Shown piece by piece: positions 1 through 8,759 of a stretch of 64,000 bases of DNA; positions within the stretch are counted from its first letter, which is position 1; each line of letters begins with the position of its first letter. The translations under genes were made by a program, and so were the position numbers. Under the pieces are notes generated by a model. It saw only the letters and a program-made list of their open reading frames with translations. It was not told where the DNA came from and searched no databases. This DNA is from Anaerolineales bacterium (GTDB lineage Bacteria; Chloroflexota; Anaerolineae; Anaerolineales; UBA11858): NCBI GenBank assembly GCA_024763275.1, contig JANTFT010000005.1:8758-72757 (forward strand), written 5' to 3'.

Positions 1-338
1 ATCATCAGACCCAGATCCTCTTTTTTCACCCCGCAGTCCTGCAATAGATAATCCAGCAGGTGGGGATACAGCAAACGGGTGTGCAGGTTTGGACGGGTGT
101 TATCATCGGCAATCACCACTACCTTATTCCCTGGTTTCCGGCAGCTCTTCTCAATAAGCTCTTTCAATGGAAGGGATCGGAGGGGATTTTCCAGAACCTG
201 GATCAAGCTCCCTTTGGGATCGGTAACGGCTGAATTCATTTCAGGCGAGTCGATGACCCTGATCCTGCCCCGATCATCCGGGAGGAAATGATCGATTTCC
301 TCTGCTCCATAATCAACGCTGATGTCCAGATAGCTCAT
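1..338 (-). CDS. LarA-like (DUF2088 / lactate racemase family) protein, N-terminal part only; the gene runs off the left edge
   Basis: The reverse-strand frame is open to the window edge. ATG at 336-338 is preceded by an AGGTGA-like SD. The translation MSYLDISVDYGAEEIDHF...ENPLRSLPLKELIEKSCRKPGNKVVVIADDNTRPNLHTRLLYPHLLDYL fits the LarA N-terminal pattern (NPIGS..L.EL......vvI.sD.TRP). It is absent from the ORF track because it is truncated. Confidence 0.65.
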   Translation of the reverse strand, partial: MSYLDISVDYGAEEIDHFLPDDRGRIRVIDSPEMNSAVTDPKGSLIQVLENPLRSLPLKELIEKSCRKPGNKVVVIADDNTRPNLHTRLLYPHLLDYLLQDCGVKKEDLGLM

Positions 339-477
339 AAGAAGTCTCACCTCTTGAATGGATTGACATGGTTTCCTGTATTCACATAATCTACAACACC
401 CAGGGGAAATAAGCAAGGTCCAAGGGTGGTTTTCCCCTGGGAAGCGTTGATTTAGCTGGTGGACAGCCCAGGCCGGG

Positions 478-1083
478 TCAGAGAAGGTTGAGCCTGACAG
501 CCAGCTCTTCCGCGGCTTGAAATTCCTCCCGGGTATTCAGGTTCATAAAAGTGTGCTGTGATCCCGCTGCTGCGGTGGTCTCATCAGGGTCCAGAACCAG
601 AATCTTTGCCTGAGCGTGCCAGGCTTTCATCCGCCACAGATCTTCCCTGATGGCGTCCCGAACCAGAGGCAGGCAGGCTTCGCGGTGATAGACAGCGTGG
701 AGCGGTTCTGATCCGTGGGGCGAGCTTGGCAGGACGGCATCAGCCCGGGTAGAGCGGATCCTGTCCAGCAGGGTAGCCAGCAGGGAAGGGCTGGCAAAAG
801 GCATGTCGGCGGCGATCAGCCCCACATAATTGGTCTGGGAGACTTCCAGGGCAGTCAGCAGCCCCCCCAGAGCACCTCTGCCCTGGATGGTATCCTGGAA
901 GACAGGTAAACCCAGAAACTGGTAGCCAGCCGGCTGATTGCTGATCACCAGCATCTCGCTGTCTAATTCCCGGAAGCGGTCCCGCAGCCGCTGGATCAGG
1001 GGGATTCCCAGAAAGGGCATCAGAGCTTTATCCATCCCCATCCGGGTGGATCCTCCCCCTGCCTGGAGTATGACGGTCAACAT
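478..1083 (-). CDS. mobA: molybdenum cofactor guanylyltransferase (MobA family)
   Basis: MLTVILQAGGGSTRMGMDKALMPF...GALGGLLTALE...LIAADMPF carries the MobA motifs GGxSxRMGxDK, the GPL/GG loop and a cDMP-like motif. I placed the start at the internal ATG (residue 31 of the track ORF) that gives a typical ~200 aa length. Confidence 0.7.
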   Translation of the reverse strand: MLTVILQAGGGSTRMGMDKALMPFLGIPLIQRLRDRFRELDSEMLVISNQPAGYQFLGLPVFQDTIQGRGALGGLLTALEVSQTNYVGLIAADMPFASPSLLATLLDRIRSTRADAVLPSSPHGSEPLHAVYHREACLPLVRDAIREDLWRMKAWHAQAKILVLDPDETTAAAGSQHTFMNLNTREEFQAAEELAVRLNLL

Positions 1084-1165
1084 GTTCAGATTATAATGAA
1101 GAGGAAGGTTTTGGTACAGCCCGTTAGAATGAGGGGGTTTGATCCCCTGAATCCGCAGGATCACC

Positions 1166-1579
1166 GTGATCAATTTTCCAGAACCAGCTCACTGGTGGAA
1201 AGAACCGGGAATGATACCCTGTACTGCCTGGCCTGCGCCCATACCTGCCGGCTCAAACCAGGGCAGCGGGGAGCCTGCAAGATCCGTTATAACCGGGATG
1301 GCGAGCTCTAGGTTCTTTGGGGATATGTCTCCTCATTCCCGGTTGATCTGATCGAGAAGAATCCTTTTTACCGCTTTCCGGCCGGAATATAAAATACGCG
1401 ATAAGCCCAGAATCTCAAACGGCCAGATCCTCAATGCAGCTGAAATTGGGTCTCAGGAGGGGTTGGAGTATGTTTACGGGAGAAATCTGCCCGGCATTCT
1501 TGGTGAATATGAACATACCTGGTGCTCTCAGTCCCAGGCACCCCTGATCAAAAGGGTGGGTTTTTCAGTACAGCTGTAA
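1166..1579 (+). pseudogene. decayed AmmeMemoRadiSam-type (PflA-like) radical SAM activase remnant
   Basis: GTG 1166 opens MINFPEPAHWWKEPG. After a frame change near 1200-1210, the 1096 frame reads NDTLYCLACAHTCRLKPGQRGACKIRYNRDGEL, meets an in-frame TAG (1309-1311), continues VLWGYVSSFPVDLIEKNPFYRFPAG and stops at TAA 1390-1392. A third frame (1385-1579) reads ILNAAEIGSQEGLEYVYGRNLPGILGEYEHTWCSQSQAPLIKRVGFSVQL. These match the N- and C-terminal signatures of this radical SAM family. Only ~135 codons remain and the CxxxCxxC core is missing. Confidence 0.6.
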
Positions 1580-1691
1580 CGCGTCATCAATGAGGGGAAA
1601 TATCCGGACTGTAGAGCGCAGATCCCGGGAGTATGGAGAGAGTTCCCGGCTTGATAGAATAGAGATATACCTGGCCCAGCCGGTGAGAGTT

Positions 1692-2699
1692 CTATTTTGA
1701 TATTTGCAGCCTGAGGACTTTCTGGTCGATCCCCCCGAACTGGTATTTATACGTTTCGTCTCCCCGCATGAAATCCACTTTGCTTTTCCCATTCTCAATT
1801 GCCCAGCGGATGATCTTTCCCAGCAGTACCCACCCCGGTGAGATATTCTCGAACAGGGTGTTGATACCCGAGTTGTAGATCCAGATCTGGCCATCAAAGT
1901 CGAAATTGAGATATCCTGCAGCTTTAATATCCCCTACCTGTAGAAAAGCTAGCTGCAGCCAGCAAGCCTGGAAGGCTTCCCTGGCTGACGCTTTCATCTG
2001 CTGGACCATAGCCGCGGTCAGGAATCGCTCCTTTTCGGGATGGTTGGCCATCAGTTCCAGGAATTCATCCAGTTCCTGGTCAAGCAGGTCAGGATCTTCA
2101 GTGATATACCAGGAAACCGGCAGAAAATAGTTTTCGGCCTCCCTGATCTTTTTTTCGATATCCCGTCGATAGCGGTCTTGGAGGTTCCCGAGATAAGCTT
2201 CCCAGGTTTCCGGCAGAGGCAGGTAGGGAGCCGTCTGCAAGACACTCTCTGTCAGTTTGAGTCCGGCTTTTCGAGCAGCGTCCCGGAGATAAGGAAGTGA
2301 AGGCGAGTCTTCGGGCAGATTGTACAGATCCAGGGATTCCCATCCCGGAAGGTCCTGGCCCTGCAGGAAGGCAATGGAATCCTCGATGACCGCGGGCAGG
2401 TGGTCCGGCCTGGCGATGAAGTCCAGATAATCTGAGATTTCATGACTTCCCAGAAACATGATCCGGCCGTCTGTGATGAAAAAGGGGGCGATACCGTCCA
2501 GCAGCCCCGCATCGTCCCTGTGGAGCAGGATGGCCAGTTCCCCATGCTCCCATTCTCTCCCGCCCATTGTTTGCCACCAGCTGGCCAGGAACTCATGTCT
2601 GAGAAACGGCACGTGACTTGCACTGGATTCCAGCAATGCATTCCAATCCTCTTTGAGGGTATGAAAATCAGGTTCGTTTTGGATCAGTTCTATACTCAT
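1692..2699 (-). CDS. GNAT-superfamily acetyltransferase (CelD/BioF2-like, FemAB-type fold)
   Basis: 335 aa. The N-terminus ...LKEDWNALLESSASHVPFLRHEFLASWWQT and the C-terminus ...AAGYLNFDFDGQIWIYNSGIN...KVDFMRGDETYKYQFG are typical of the Acetyltransf_6/CelD family. Confidence 0.55.
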   Translation of the reverse strand: MSIELIQNEPDFHTLKEDWNALLESSASHVPFLRHEFLASWWQTMGGREWEHGELAILLHRDDAGLLDGIAPFFITDGRIMFLGSHEISDYLDFIARPDHLPAVIEDSIAFLQGQDLPGWESLDLYNLPEDSPSLPYLRDAARKAGLKLTESVLQTAPYLPLPETWEAYLGNLQDRYRRDIEKKIREAENYFLPVSWYITEDPDLLDQELDEFLELMANHPEKERFLTAAMVQQMKASAREAFQACWLQLAFLQVGDIKAAGYLNFDFDGQIWIYNSGINTLFENISPGWVLLGKIIRWAIENGKSKVDFMRGDETYKYQFGGIDQKVLRLQISK

Positions 2700-2787
2700 T
2701 CAGTCCTCAAGCGGGATGGTTGGAGCTGCCTTTCCAATTTTACCAGTATAATAAGGGCAGCTATACTATCAACCGGACAAAATCGCT

Positions 2788-5097
2788 ATGGCTACTCCTT
2801 TTAATCTGAATATCCTGCCGATATCGCACCAGAATGGGAGAACGGTTTCTGCTCTTCCCGGGTTGTACACCGCCAATCCTCCCAGGAGGTGCCCCAGAAG
2901 GAGAGCACAGGAAAAGCTCATCCTGCACCTGCATCTGAGCGGCAATGCGCCCCTTTCAGATACTGCCATGTTCCAGCTTCTTACGAAACTTTCCGAGGTC
3001 TATTTTGAAACCGATGGATCCACAACCTCGGCGCTCAGGAATGTGACCGATGTGCTCAACAAGTATCTGCTGGACAGGAATTACCGGGCCGCCTCCCGGG
3101 GCCTGAAAGCCACCGGGTACCTGACCCAGGTGGTACTCCGGGAGAACAGGATCTTATTAGCCCAGTGTGGACCTAGCTACCTGTACCAGGTCACTCCCGA
3201 TAAAGTTGAGGATCTGCACGACCCTGATCTTTCAGGCGCGGGACTTGGCCTGGGAAAGACCTTTAAAGTTCGCTATCATCAGATCGATCTCCAACCTCAC
3301 CAGTTCCTGATTCTCACGCCCCAGAAACCCCGCACCTGGACTGAGAACCTGTTCAAGACACTCCCGCGCTTGAAATTCTCCGCTCTAGTGGAGCGTCTGC
3401 TGCATAAGATCGAAGGAAGTTTGGAAGCAGTTTTGATCTTCCCCCTGGAAGGTGATGGGTCTTTAAAAATCCTCGAACCCAATTGGGCGGTGACCGGGGG
3501 AATTGCGAATCTGCCAGAACTGGAACAGGTCACAGAACCTGAACCGGAGACTGTTCCAGCCCCGGAGAAGGTTCCTCCTTACCCGAGAGAGGAATTCCAA
3601 TCACCTATCCAAATCTCCGAAGGAGATCAGATTCCTTCCCCGGACGCGGACAAAGCCCCGGGTAGGCCTGCCCAGGCCCCTCCAGCCCCAGAACATGGGG
3701 AAGCAGGAAGTGTGAAGAAGCCAGACCTGGCTTACCAGGTAGCGGAGGAGCTCAGTCCCAGATTGGAGCAGGTCCGGCAGTCCGAGGCTTGGAGAGTTTT
3801 CAGTAAAATTGGCGGACAGGCAGGAACAGCTGCCAGAAAAGCCTGGCAAGGCCTGCTGGGATTGATCAGCAAGACCCTTCCCGACGATCAGATCCTGGAT
3901 CTTCCTTCCTGGACCTTGAGTTTGATTGCTATCGCGGTCCCGCTGCTGATGGTGATTATTGGCAGTTTCTTTTACATTCACAGGGGAAGGAACCATCTTT
4001 ACCAGGAGCACTTCTCCCAGGCACAAACGCTGCTGGCACTGGCTCAAACCCAGCTGGACTCTCCAGAGTACTACCAGACCATCAGCCAGGCTTTGGATCA
4101 GGTTTTGGAGGCCCGCAGCTATCAGCAGACAGAAGAGGTGGAAGATCTGTATAATTCTCTTCAGCTGGAGCTGGATGACCTTGACCAGGTCACCCGTTTG
4201 GATTACCAGCCTTTATTCAGCAGGGGACTCGGGGCAGATGTGACCATATCTCAAATAGTTGTCACTGCCTGGAACGATCTGTACATGCTCAACGCGGACC
4301 AGGGGACTGTGATCTGGGCTCAGTCCAATCCCGATGGTTATCAGATCATCGATCAATTCAACTGCGGTCCGATCGCGGGGCCTGTAACGGTAGGTCCGCT
4401 GGTGGATATCGTTGCCCTGCCGACCTCTCAGGAGGATCAGGCCACCATCCTGGGCATTGACAGCAACCACACCATGATCTTCTGCTACGCGGATCTATCG
4501 GAAACGCCGGTCATCTTTGAGGACACCTCCTATACGCTTGGCCGCGGACCGGTCAAAGCGATCACGGTATCCAGCAGCGCTCCCTACAACCTGTATATTC
4601 TCGACCCTGAAAAGCGGGCCATCTGGATAGAGTACCAGAGCCAGAATTACCATGAGGGTTCAGAATACTTTGGGGCGATCGATTCTCCGGAGATGGCCGA
4701 TGCAGTTGATCTGGCAACCTCCGGCAGCGAGCTGTTCATCCTTCATGAGGACGGCTATATCACCAAATGTGTCACCGAAAGAGCGGATTCAGACCCCCTG
4801 TGCACAACACCATTCGAATTTGCCGACCCCCGGCCGGGGCATGAGTCCGGACCATTCATTGCCGGAGCGGATTTTAATTCTTTTGTGATCAAAGGTTCGC
4901 CAGGAATGGCGGTTTATATGCTGGATGCTGAGGAACAAGCGCTGTACAGGTTCAGCACCCAGCTGGAGTTTCAGGAGCAGTTCCGGCCGTTTGAGGGAAT
5001 CATCGACGGACCGGCAACTGCCTTTGCGGTAACCATGAGTGACCGGGTATTCCTGGCTGTTGATGACCAGGTTTATACTGCGCAGCTTTTACCCTGA
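2788..5097 (+). CDS. membrane protein: degenerate PP2C/SpoIIE-like N-domain, Pro-rich linker, one TM, large repeat-rich ectodomain
   Basis: 769 aa ORF. Residues ~40-230 have a PPM-like layout (LILHLHLSG...TSALRNVTDVLNKYL...GYLTQVVLRENRILLAQCGPSYLY...GLGLG...DLQPHQFLIL) but lack the metal-binding Asp motifs. A PEPEPETVPAPEKVPP linker and the TM WTLSLIAIAVPLLMVIIGSFFYI follow. The C-terminal ~370 aa carry recurring LY(I/M)LD-type beta-strand repeats. Confidence 0.5.
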   Translation: MATPFNLNILPISHQNGRTVSALPGLYTANPPRRCPRRRAQEKLILHLHLSGNAPLSDTAMFQLLTKLSEVYFETDGSTTSALRNVTDVLNKYLLDRNYRAASRGLKATGYLTQVVLRENRILLAQCGPSYLYQVTPDKVEDLHDPDLSGAGLGLGKTFKVRYHQIDLQPHQFLILTPQKPRTWTENLFKTLPRLKFSALVERLLHKIEGSLEAVLIFPLEGDGSLKILEPNWAVTGGIANLPELEQVTEPEPETVPAPEKVPPYPREEFQSPIQISEGDQIPSPDADKAPGRPAQAPPAPEHGEAGSVKKPDLAYQVAEELSPRLEQVRQSEAWRVFSKIGGQAGTAARKAWQGLLGLISKTLPDDQILDLPSWTLSLIAIAVPLLMVIIGSFFYIHRGRNHLYQEHFSQAQTLLALAQTQLDSPEYYQTISQALDQVLEARSYQQTEEVEDLYNSLQLELDDLDQVTRLDYQPLFSRGLGADVTISQIVVTAWNDLYMLNADQGTVIWAQSNPDGYQIIDQFNCGPIAGPVTVGPLVDIVALPTSQEDQATILGIDSNHTMIFCYADLSETPVIFEDTSYTLGRGPVKAITVSSSAPYNLYILDPEKRAIWIEYQSQNYHEGSEYFGAIDSPEMADAVDLATSGSELFILHEDGYITKCVTERADSDPLCTTPFEFADPRPGHESGPFIAGADFNSFVIKGSPGMAVYMLDAEEQALYRFSTQLEFQEQFRPFEGIIDGPATAFAVTMSDRVFLAVDDQVYTAQLLP

Positions 5098-5115
5098 TCT
5101 TCAAATGGATTAAGA

Positions 5116-5156
5116 TAAAAAGGCCCCGAGATCTGCAGGGATCAGGGGCCTTTCTG
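5116..5156. terminator. bidirectional hairpin between convergent genes
   Basis: aaaaAGGCCCCgagatctgcagggatcaGGGGCCTttct is a GC stem flanked by an A-run and a T-run. It lies between the stops at 5097 (+) and 5184 (-). Confidence 0.5.
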
Positions 5157-5183
5157 ATTCATTTTCTGGTATTTGCCCTTGGT

Positions 5184-6035
5184 TTATTCTTCTTCCTCGT
5201 CCTCCTCTTCATCGAAAAGCTCTTTTCCAGGAGCCTGCAGCAGGAGGGCTGTGATGTTGTCATACCCTCCTCGCGAATTTGCCAGGTCAATCAGCCTGCC
5301 CAGGAGCGCATTAGGGTCATCTCCGCTGGAGAGGGTACTCAGGATCTCTTCGTCAGCTACCAGGTCGGTCAGCCCATCTGAACAGAGCAGCACCTGGTCG
5401 CCGGGAATCAGCGGTAAGCCTTGATTCGCCTTGGCCTGCTCCTTATTTTCATCAGCGTCCAGGTAAAGGCGCAGATCCGGCTGAATGGGATCGGCTGATC
5501 CCAGGTAGCTGCGGATCAGGTGCCTGCGGGGATGAATACGGGCTTCTTCCTCAGTGATCACACCCATCTCCAGTGCTTCCTGGACCCAGGTGTGGTCAAT
5601 ATTTAGCTGCTGGATGGATTGGTCCCGGATCAGGTATATTCTGGAATCTCCAAGAGTTGCGGTATAGAGAGCGGAGTCGAACACCAGAGCGCAAGCCACG
5701 GTTGACCCCATCCCTCTTCTGGATTCATCCTCTTCCGCTTCGATGGTGATGCTGTGGTTGGCCTCCAGGAGAGCGCTTTTCAAAATCCAGGTGGGATCGG
5801 TCCCGTCGCTTTCCGCGATGGAGGTTATGATGGTAGCCACAGCAATCTTGGAGGCAATTTCACCTGCTTTATGGCCGCCGATACCATCCGCAAGCACAGC
5901 AGCCAGCACCGGTGTGGGATCATCTTCGCTGACAAAAAAGGAAGAGATTTCGTAAGAATCCTCATTTACCCGCCCCTGGCTGCCAGGATCCGAGATTGAG
6001 TAAACATAGAGGTGATGTTCTTGGCTGGGGATCAC
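5184..6035 (-). CDS. PP2C-family Ser/Thr protein phosphatase (Stp/PrpC type) with acidic C-terminal tail
   Basis: PPM motifs are present: RVNEDSY, LADGIGGHKAGEIAS, GSTVACALV, LGDSRIYL, LLCSDGLTDLV, GGYDNITALLL. It ends in EEEDEEEE. The GTG start overlaps the upstream stop (GTGA). Confidence 0.85.
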   Translation of the reverse strand: MIPSQEHHLYVYSISDPGSQGRVNEDSYEISSFFVSEDDPTPVLAAVLADGIGGHKAGEIASKIAVATIITSIAESDGTDPTWILKSALLEANHSITIEAEEDESRRGMGSTVACALVFDSALYTATLGDSRIYLIRDQSIQQLNIDHTWVQEALEMGVITEEEARIHPRRHLIRSYLGSADPIQPDLRLYLDADENKEQAKANQGLPLIPGDQVLLCSDGLTDLVADEEILSTLSSGDDPNALLGRLIDLANSRGGYDNITALLLQAPGKELFDEEEDEEEE

Positions 6036-7912
6036 AGATGATTCTCCTCATTCTGGAGAGGTCCCTGGATTTTAGGGAAGGTCTGGAAACGGAACGCCGC
6101 CTCTCCAATGTGTATAATATCACCATCTTTTAGAAAGTGGACTTGCGAGCTTGTTAGTTGCTGGTAGTTGACCCAGGTGCCTCCAACCCCTCCAAGATCG
6201 AAAATCTGATACCTATCATCCTCCCTGGCGGTGATCCGGGTATGCTCAGCGATGATTGAAGGATGCTGGATTTGGATCACTCCATCGCCTGGCCTGTTTC
6301 CCAGAATGATTTCTCGCTCATTCACGGTGATTGGCTCTGTAAAAAGTTGCTGTGACACATCATTGATTGCTGTCAAGCGGTAGCGATTTGCCCCAGATAT
6401 GGTCATTCCTTGAACGGAAGAGCTATCATTGGTGAGTATTCTCCTGATATGACCTGCGGTCCTACGGCCCTGGGTGATGATCCAAGAGGTCGAGTCCACT
6501 CTGCCAGGCTGGATCGATCCCCTGGCAATTAATATGAAGAGTGTCATTCCCAGCAGCAGAATAAGACCTAAACCAGCGAATGAGGGGGCATTCCTTTTGA
6601 TGATGCCGCTGATTTTCTGAGGAGGTTGGTCAACGACAATTTCAATAGAAGTGGGTACGCTCATTCTGCTCAGCCCCATGATGTCAACTGCTTCCAAAGT
6701 AAGGTAATGGATTCCGCTGGTTTGATATCCATCCAAATCCCAGACCACCTGATCATATGGCGGATCAGTCTTCACTTCCACGATTTCACCATCCACCCGG
6801 AAGATCAGCTCCTCCAGACCCCGGGGATGACTGTCCGGGAATTCCACCAGGAGCGGCAGGGTAATTGAGGTGGGGAGGAAAGTGAGGTTTTCGGTTTCCT
6901 CCGGGCTGGCTGCCTGGGCTGTGCGGGTGATGCTCCGGGGTGGGGAAATCAAGATCGGGTTGGGAGGCTGGACATCCAGGTAAAACTCGCGCAGCCCGGT
7001 GGTATCAGCTGGCGCTGAGCGGATGGTCACTTCCAGGGTATGGGTGCCCCCGGTGACGATGCTGGATTGGTAGCGCAGCAAATAGGTGCTGCGCAGCGGT
7101 TGGAAAAGCTGGCCGAGATCCGCCAGGGGTTCATCCCCGGAAAAGGGCAGGAAAACACCACCGGTCTCTTGAGAAAGGGACTGCAGCTTGAGCGCCCCTT
7201 CGGTTTCAAAGAAAGCTGGTGATGAGACCAGAACGCTGTAAACCAGCACCTGATTGTCTTGTGCCTGGGAGATCAGACTGTCTATGGCGGAGAAGCTGTC
7301 TGACACGGCCTGGGCGGAGAATAACAGGACCACCCTTTTCATACCTGGCTGTACCACCGGATCAGAGGCTATTTCAATTGCCCTGGCAAGCACATTGAAG
7401 TTGGACTCTACTTCCCGCGGGTCCGGGGTGAAATCTTCCAGCACCTTCCTCCACTCCTCCCGACTGGTCAGATGGACTGCTTCCAGGCCGGTATTGGTCA
7501 CTATACTCAGGTCGTCCGGGGAGGTGTCCAGGGGTTGAGCGGCCCAGTTGAGCAGTGATTCCACAATGAACTCGAACCTGGACCTGCCGTTGATATCCTG
7601 GATAGCGAAGGGGTTAGAAATGTTAAAGGCTACTACCAGCTGGATGCCAGGCTGCAGCTCCTGGAAATCGAGCAGCTCCCGGGGAATCCCGTCTTCGGTC
7701 AGGGCAATCTGCTCGGCCGAAAGACCCTGCTGGGGACTGCCGTCCCTGGCGGTTGGATCAATGTAGACGGTTATTTCCGGGAAGGCATCGACCTCGGGAG
7801 CGGAAATATGTACCGCTGCTTCCCCTTGCGCCCTGACAGAGGCCCCGGGCAGCTCGCTGAGCAGCAGCAGATTTATAACTATGACGATTTTCCAGACGAG
7901 AGGTGTTTTCAT
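6032..7912 (-). CDS. transmembrane protein with extracytoplasmic vWA-like domain and cytoplasmic C-terminal FHA domain
   Basis: Signal peptide MKTPLVWKIVIVINLLLLSELPGASVRA. A vWA-like alpha/beta region follows (IQLVVAFNISNPF...MKRVVLLFSAQAV...VLVYSVLV) with no clear DxSxS motif. TM is FAGLGLILLLGMTLFILIA. The FHA motif reads ILGNRPGDGVIQIQHPSIIAEHTRI...YQIFDLGGVGGTWVNYQQL...GDIIHIGEAAFRF. Confidence 0.75.
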   Translation of the reverse strand: MKTPLVWKIVIVINLLLLSELPGASVRAQGEAAVHISAPEVDAFPEITVYIDPTARDGSPQQGLSAEQIALTEDGIPRELLDFQELQPGIQLVVAFNISNPFAIQDINGRSRFEFIVESLLNWAAQPLDTSPDDLSIVTNTGLEAVHLTSREEWRKVLEDFTPDPREVESNFNVLARAIEIASDPVVQPGMKRVVLLFSAQAVSDSFSAIDSLISQAQDNQVLVYSVLVSSPAFFETEGALKLQSLSQETGGVFLPFSGDEPLADLGQLFQPLRSTYLLRYQSSIVTGGTHTLEVTIRSAPADTTGLREFYLDVQPPNPILISPPRSITRTAQAASPEETENLTFLPTSITLPLLVEFPDSHPRGLEELIFRVDGEIVEVKTDPPYDQVVWDLDGYQTSGIHYLTLEAVDIMGLSRMSVPTSIEIVVDQPPQKISGIIKRNAPSFAGLGLILLLGMTLFILIARGSIQPGRVDSTSWIITQGRRTAGHIRRILTNDSSSVQGMTISGANRYRLTAINDVSQQLFTEPITVNEREIILGNRPGDGVIQIQHPSIIAEHTRITAREDDRYQIFDLGGVGGTWVNYQQLTSSQVHFLKDGDIIHIGEAAFRFQTFPKIQGPLQNEENHL

Positions 7913-8070
7913 GGAATCCTGGTGTCATTGTACCAAAAAGAGCTCCGGGTCAACTCTGCACTTGTTATAGATCAGGCAGCTGGTTTTCGGCCTGGTAAGG
8001 ATAAATCAGCAAGTATGATAGAATTTGTGGTGTTTATCAGGGAGAGTAATACCAGTTTCACCAGTCGAAA

Positions 8071-8757
8071 ATGGCAGATTATATCCTGGCGTCTCAATCG
8101 CCCCGACGGAAAGCCCTCCTGCGCAATCTCATCGATGCCTTTCTGGTGATCAACCCTGAAATTGTGGAGGATCAAGAACCGGGAGAAGATCCTGTGGATT
8201 ATGTGCTGCGGGTTGCCCGGGAGAAAGCCCTTGCGGCAGGAGATCAGCTTGAATCCGGCTCCGATCGGGAAGGGGTCATTCTTGCCGCAGACACCATTGT
8301 CCTTGACGGTGATAAAATTCTCGGTAAACCCCGGGATGAGGCTGAAGCAGCCAGGATATTGGAGAAACTCAGAGGTCGGACCCACAAGGTATACTCAGGG
8401 ATTGCGGCCTACGATCGGTCCTCTGGAGAGATTAAGACCAGTTCCGTGTGTTCTGACGTGACAATGAGGGAGTATACTGAAAAAGAAATCCAGGAGTATG
8501 TTGCCAGCGGAGACTCCCTGGACAAGGCTGGCGCTTACGCGATCCAGAACCCATCTTTTAACCCGGCTCCTGATTTCCAGGATTGCTATGCCAATGTGAT
8601 GGGTCTGCCTCTCTGCCATCTTTCCCTGTTATTGCAAGAGATGGGCAGGAGCGGATATGAGGATGTAGCAGCCCGCTGCCAGGATTCCCTGGGATATCGT
8701 TGTCCCGTATTTGCCGGGATTCTGGCCAGGACAGAGGAACAAAAAAGCGAGACCTAA
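8071..8757 (+). CDS. maf: Maf-like nucleoside triphosphate pyrophosphatase (septum formation protein Maf)
   Basis: ILASQSPRRKALL...ILAADTIV.LDG.ILGKP...AGAYAIQ are canonical Maf motifs. A ~35 aa Cys-containing C-terminal extension is present. Confidence 0.85.
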   Translation: MADYILASQSPRRKALLRNLIDAFLVINPEIVEDQEPGEDPVDYVLRVAREKALAAGDQLESGSDREGVILAADTIVLDGDKILGKPRDEAEAARILEKLRGRTHKVYSGIAAYDRSSGEIKTSSVCSDVTMREYTEKEIQEYVASGDSLDKAGAYAIQNPSFNPAPDFQDCYANVMGLPLCHLSLLLQEMGRSGYEDVAARCQDSLGYRCPVFAGILARTEEQKSET

Positions 8758-8759
8758 TT

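Noticed and set aside
339-477. The inverted repeat CCAGGGGAAA...TTTCCCCTGG between mobA and the LarA-like gene, considered as a terminator or riboswitch.
   Set aside because: The stem is only 10 bp with a ~20-nt loop, and there is no T tract on the relevant (minus) strand. This is too weak to call and could be a simple mRNA stem.
1309-1311. An in-frame TAG inside radical-SAM-like coding sequence, considered as possible pyrrolysine or programmed read-through.
   Set aside because: The same locus also has a frameshift, a second stop (TAA 1390) and a ~200-codon deletion that removes the catalytic core. Gene decay explains everything, and no pyl genes are visible.
5173-5424. A plus-strand ORF beginning MPLVYSSSSSSSSSK.
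   Set aside because: It is the antisense reading of the acidic EEEDEEEE tail and C-terminus of the PP2C gene. The PP2C motifs on the minus strand are unambiguous.
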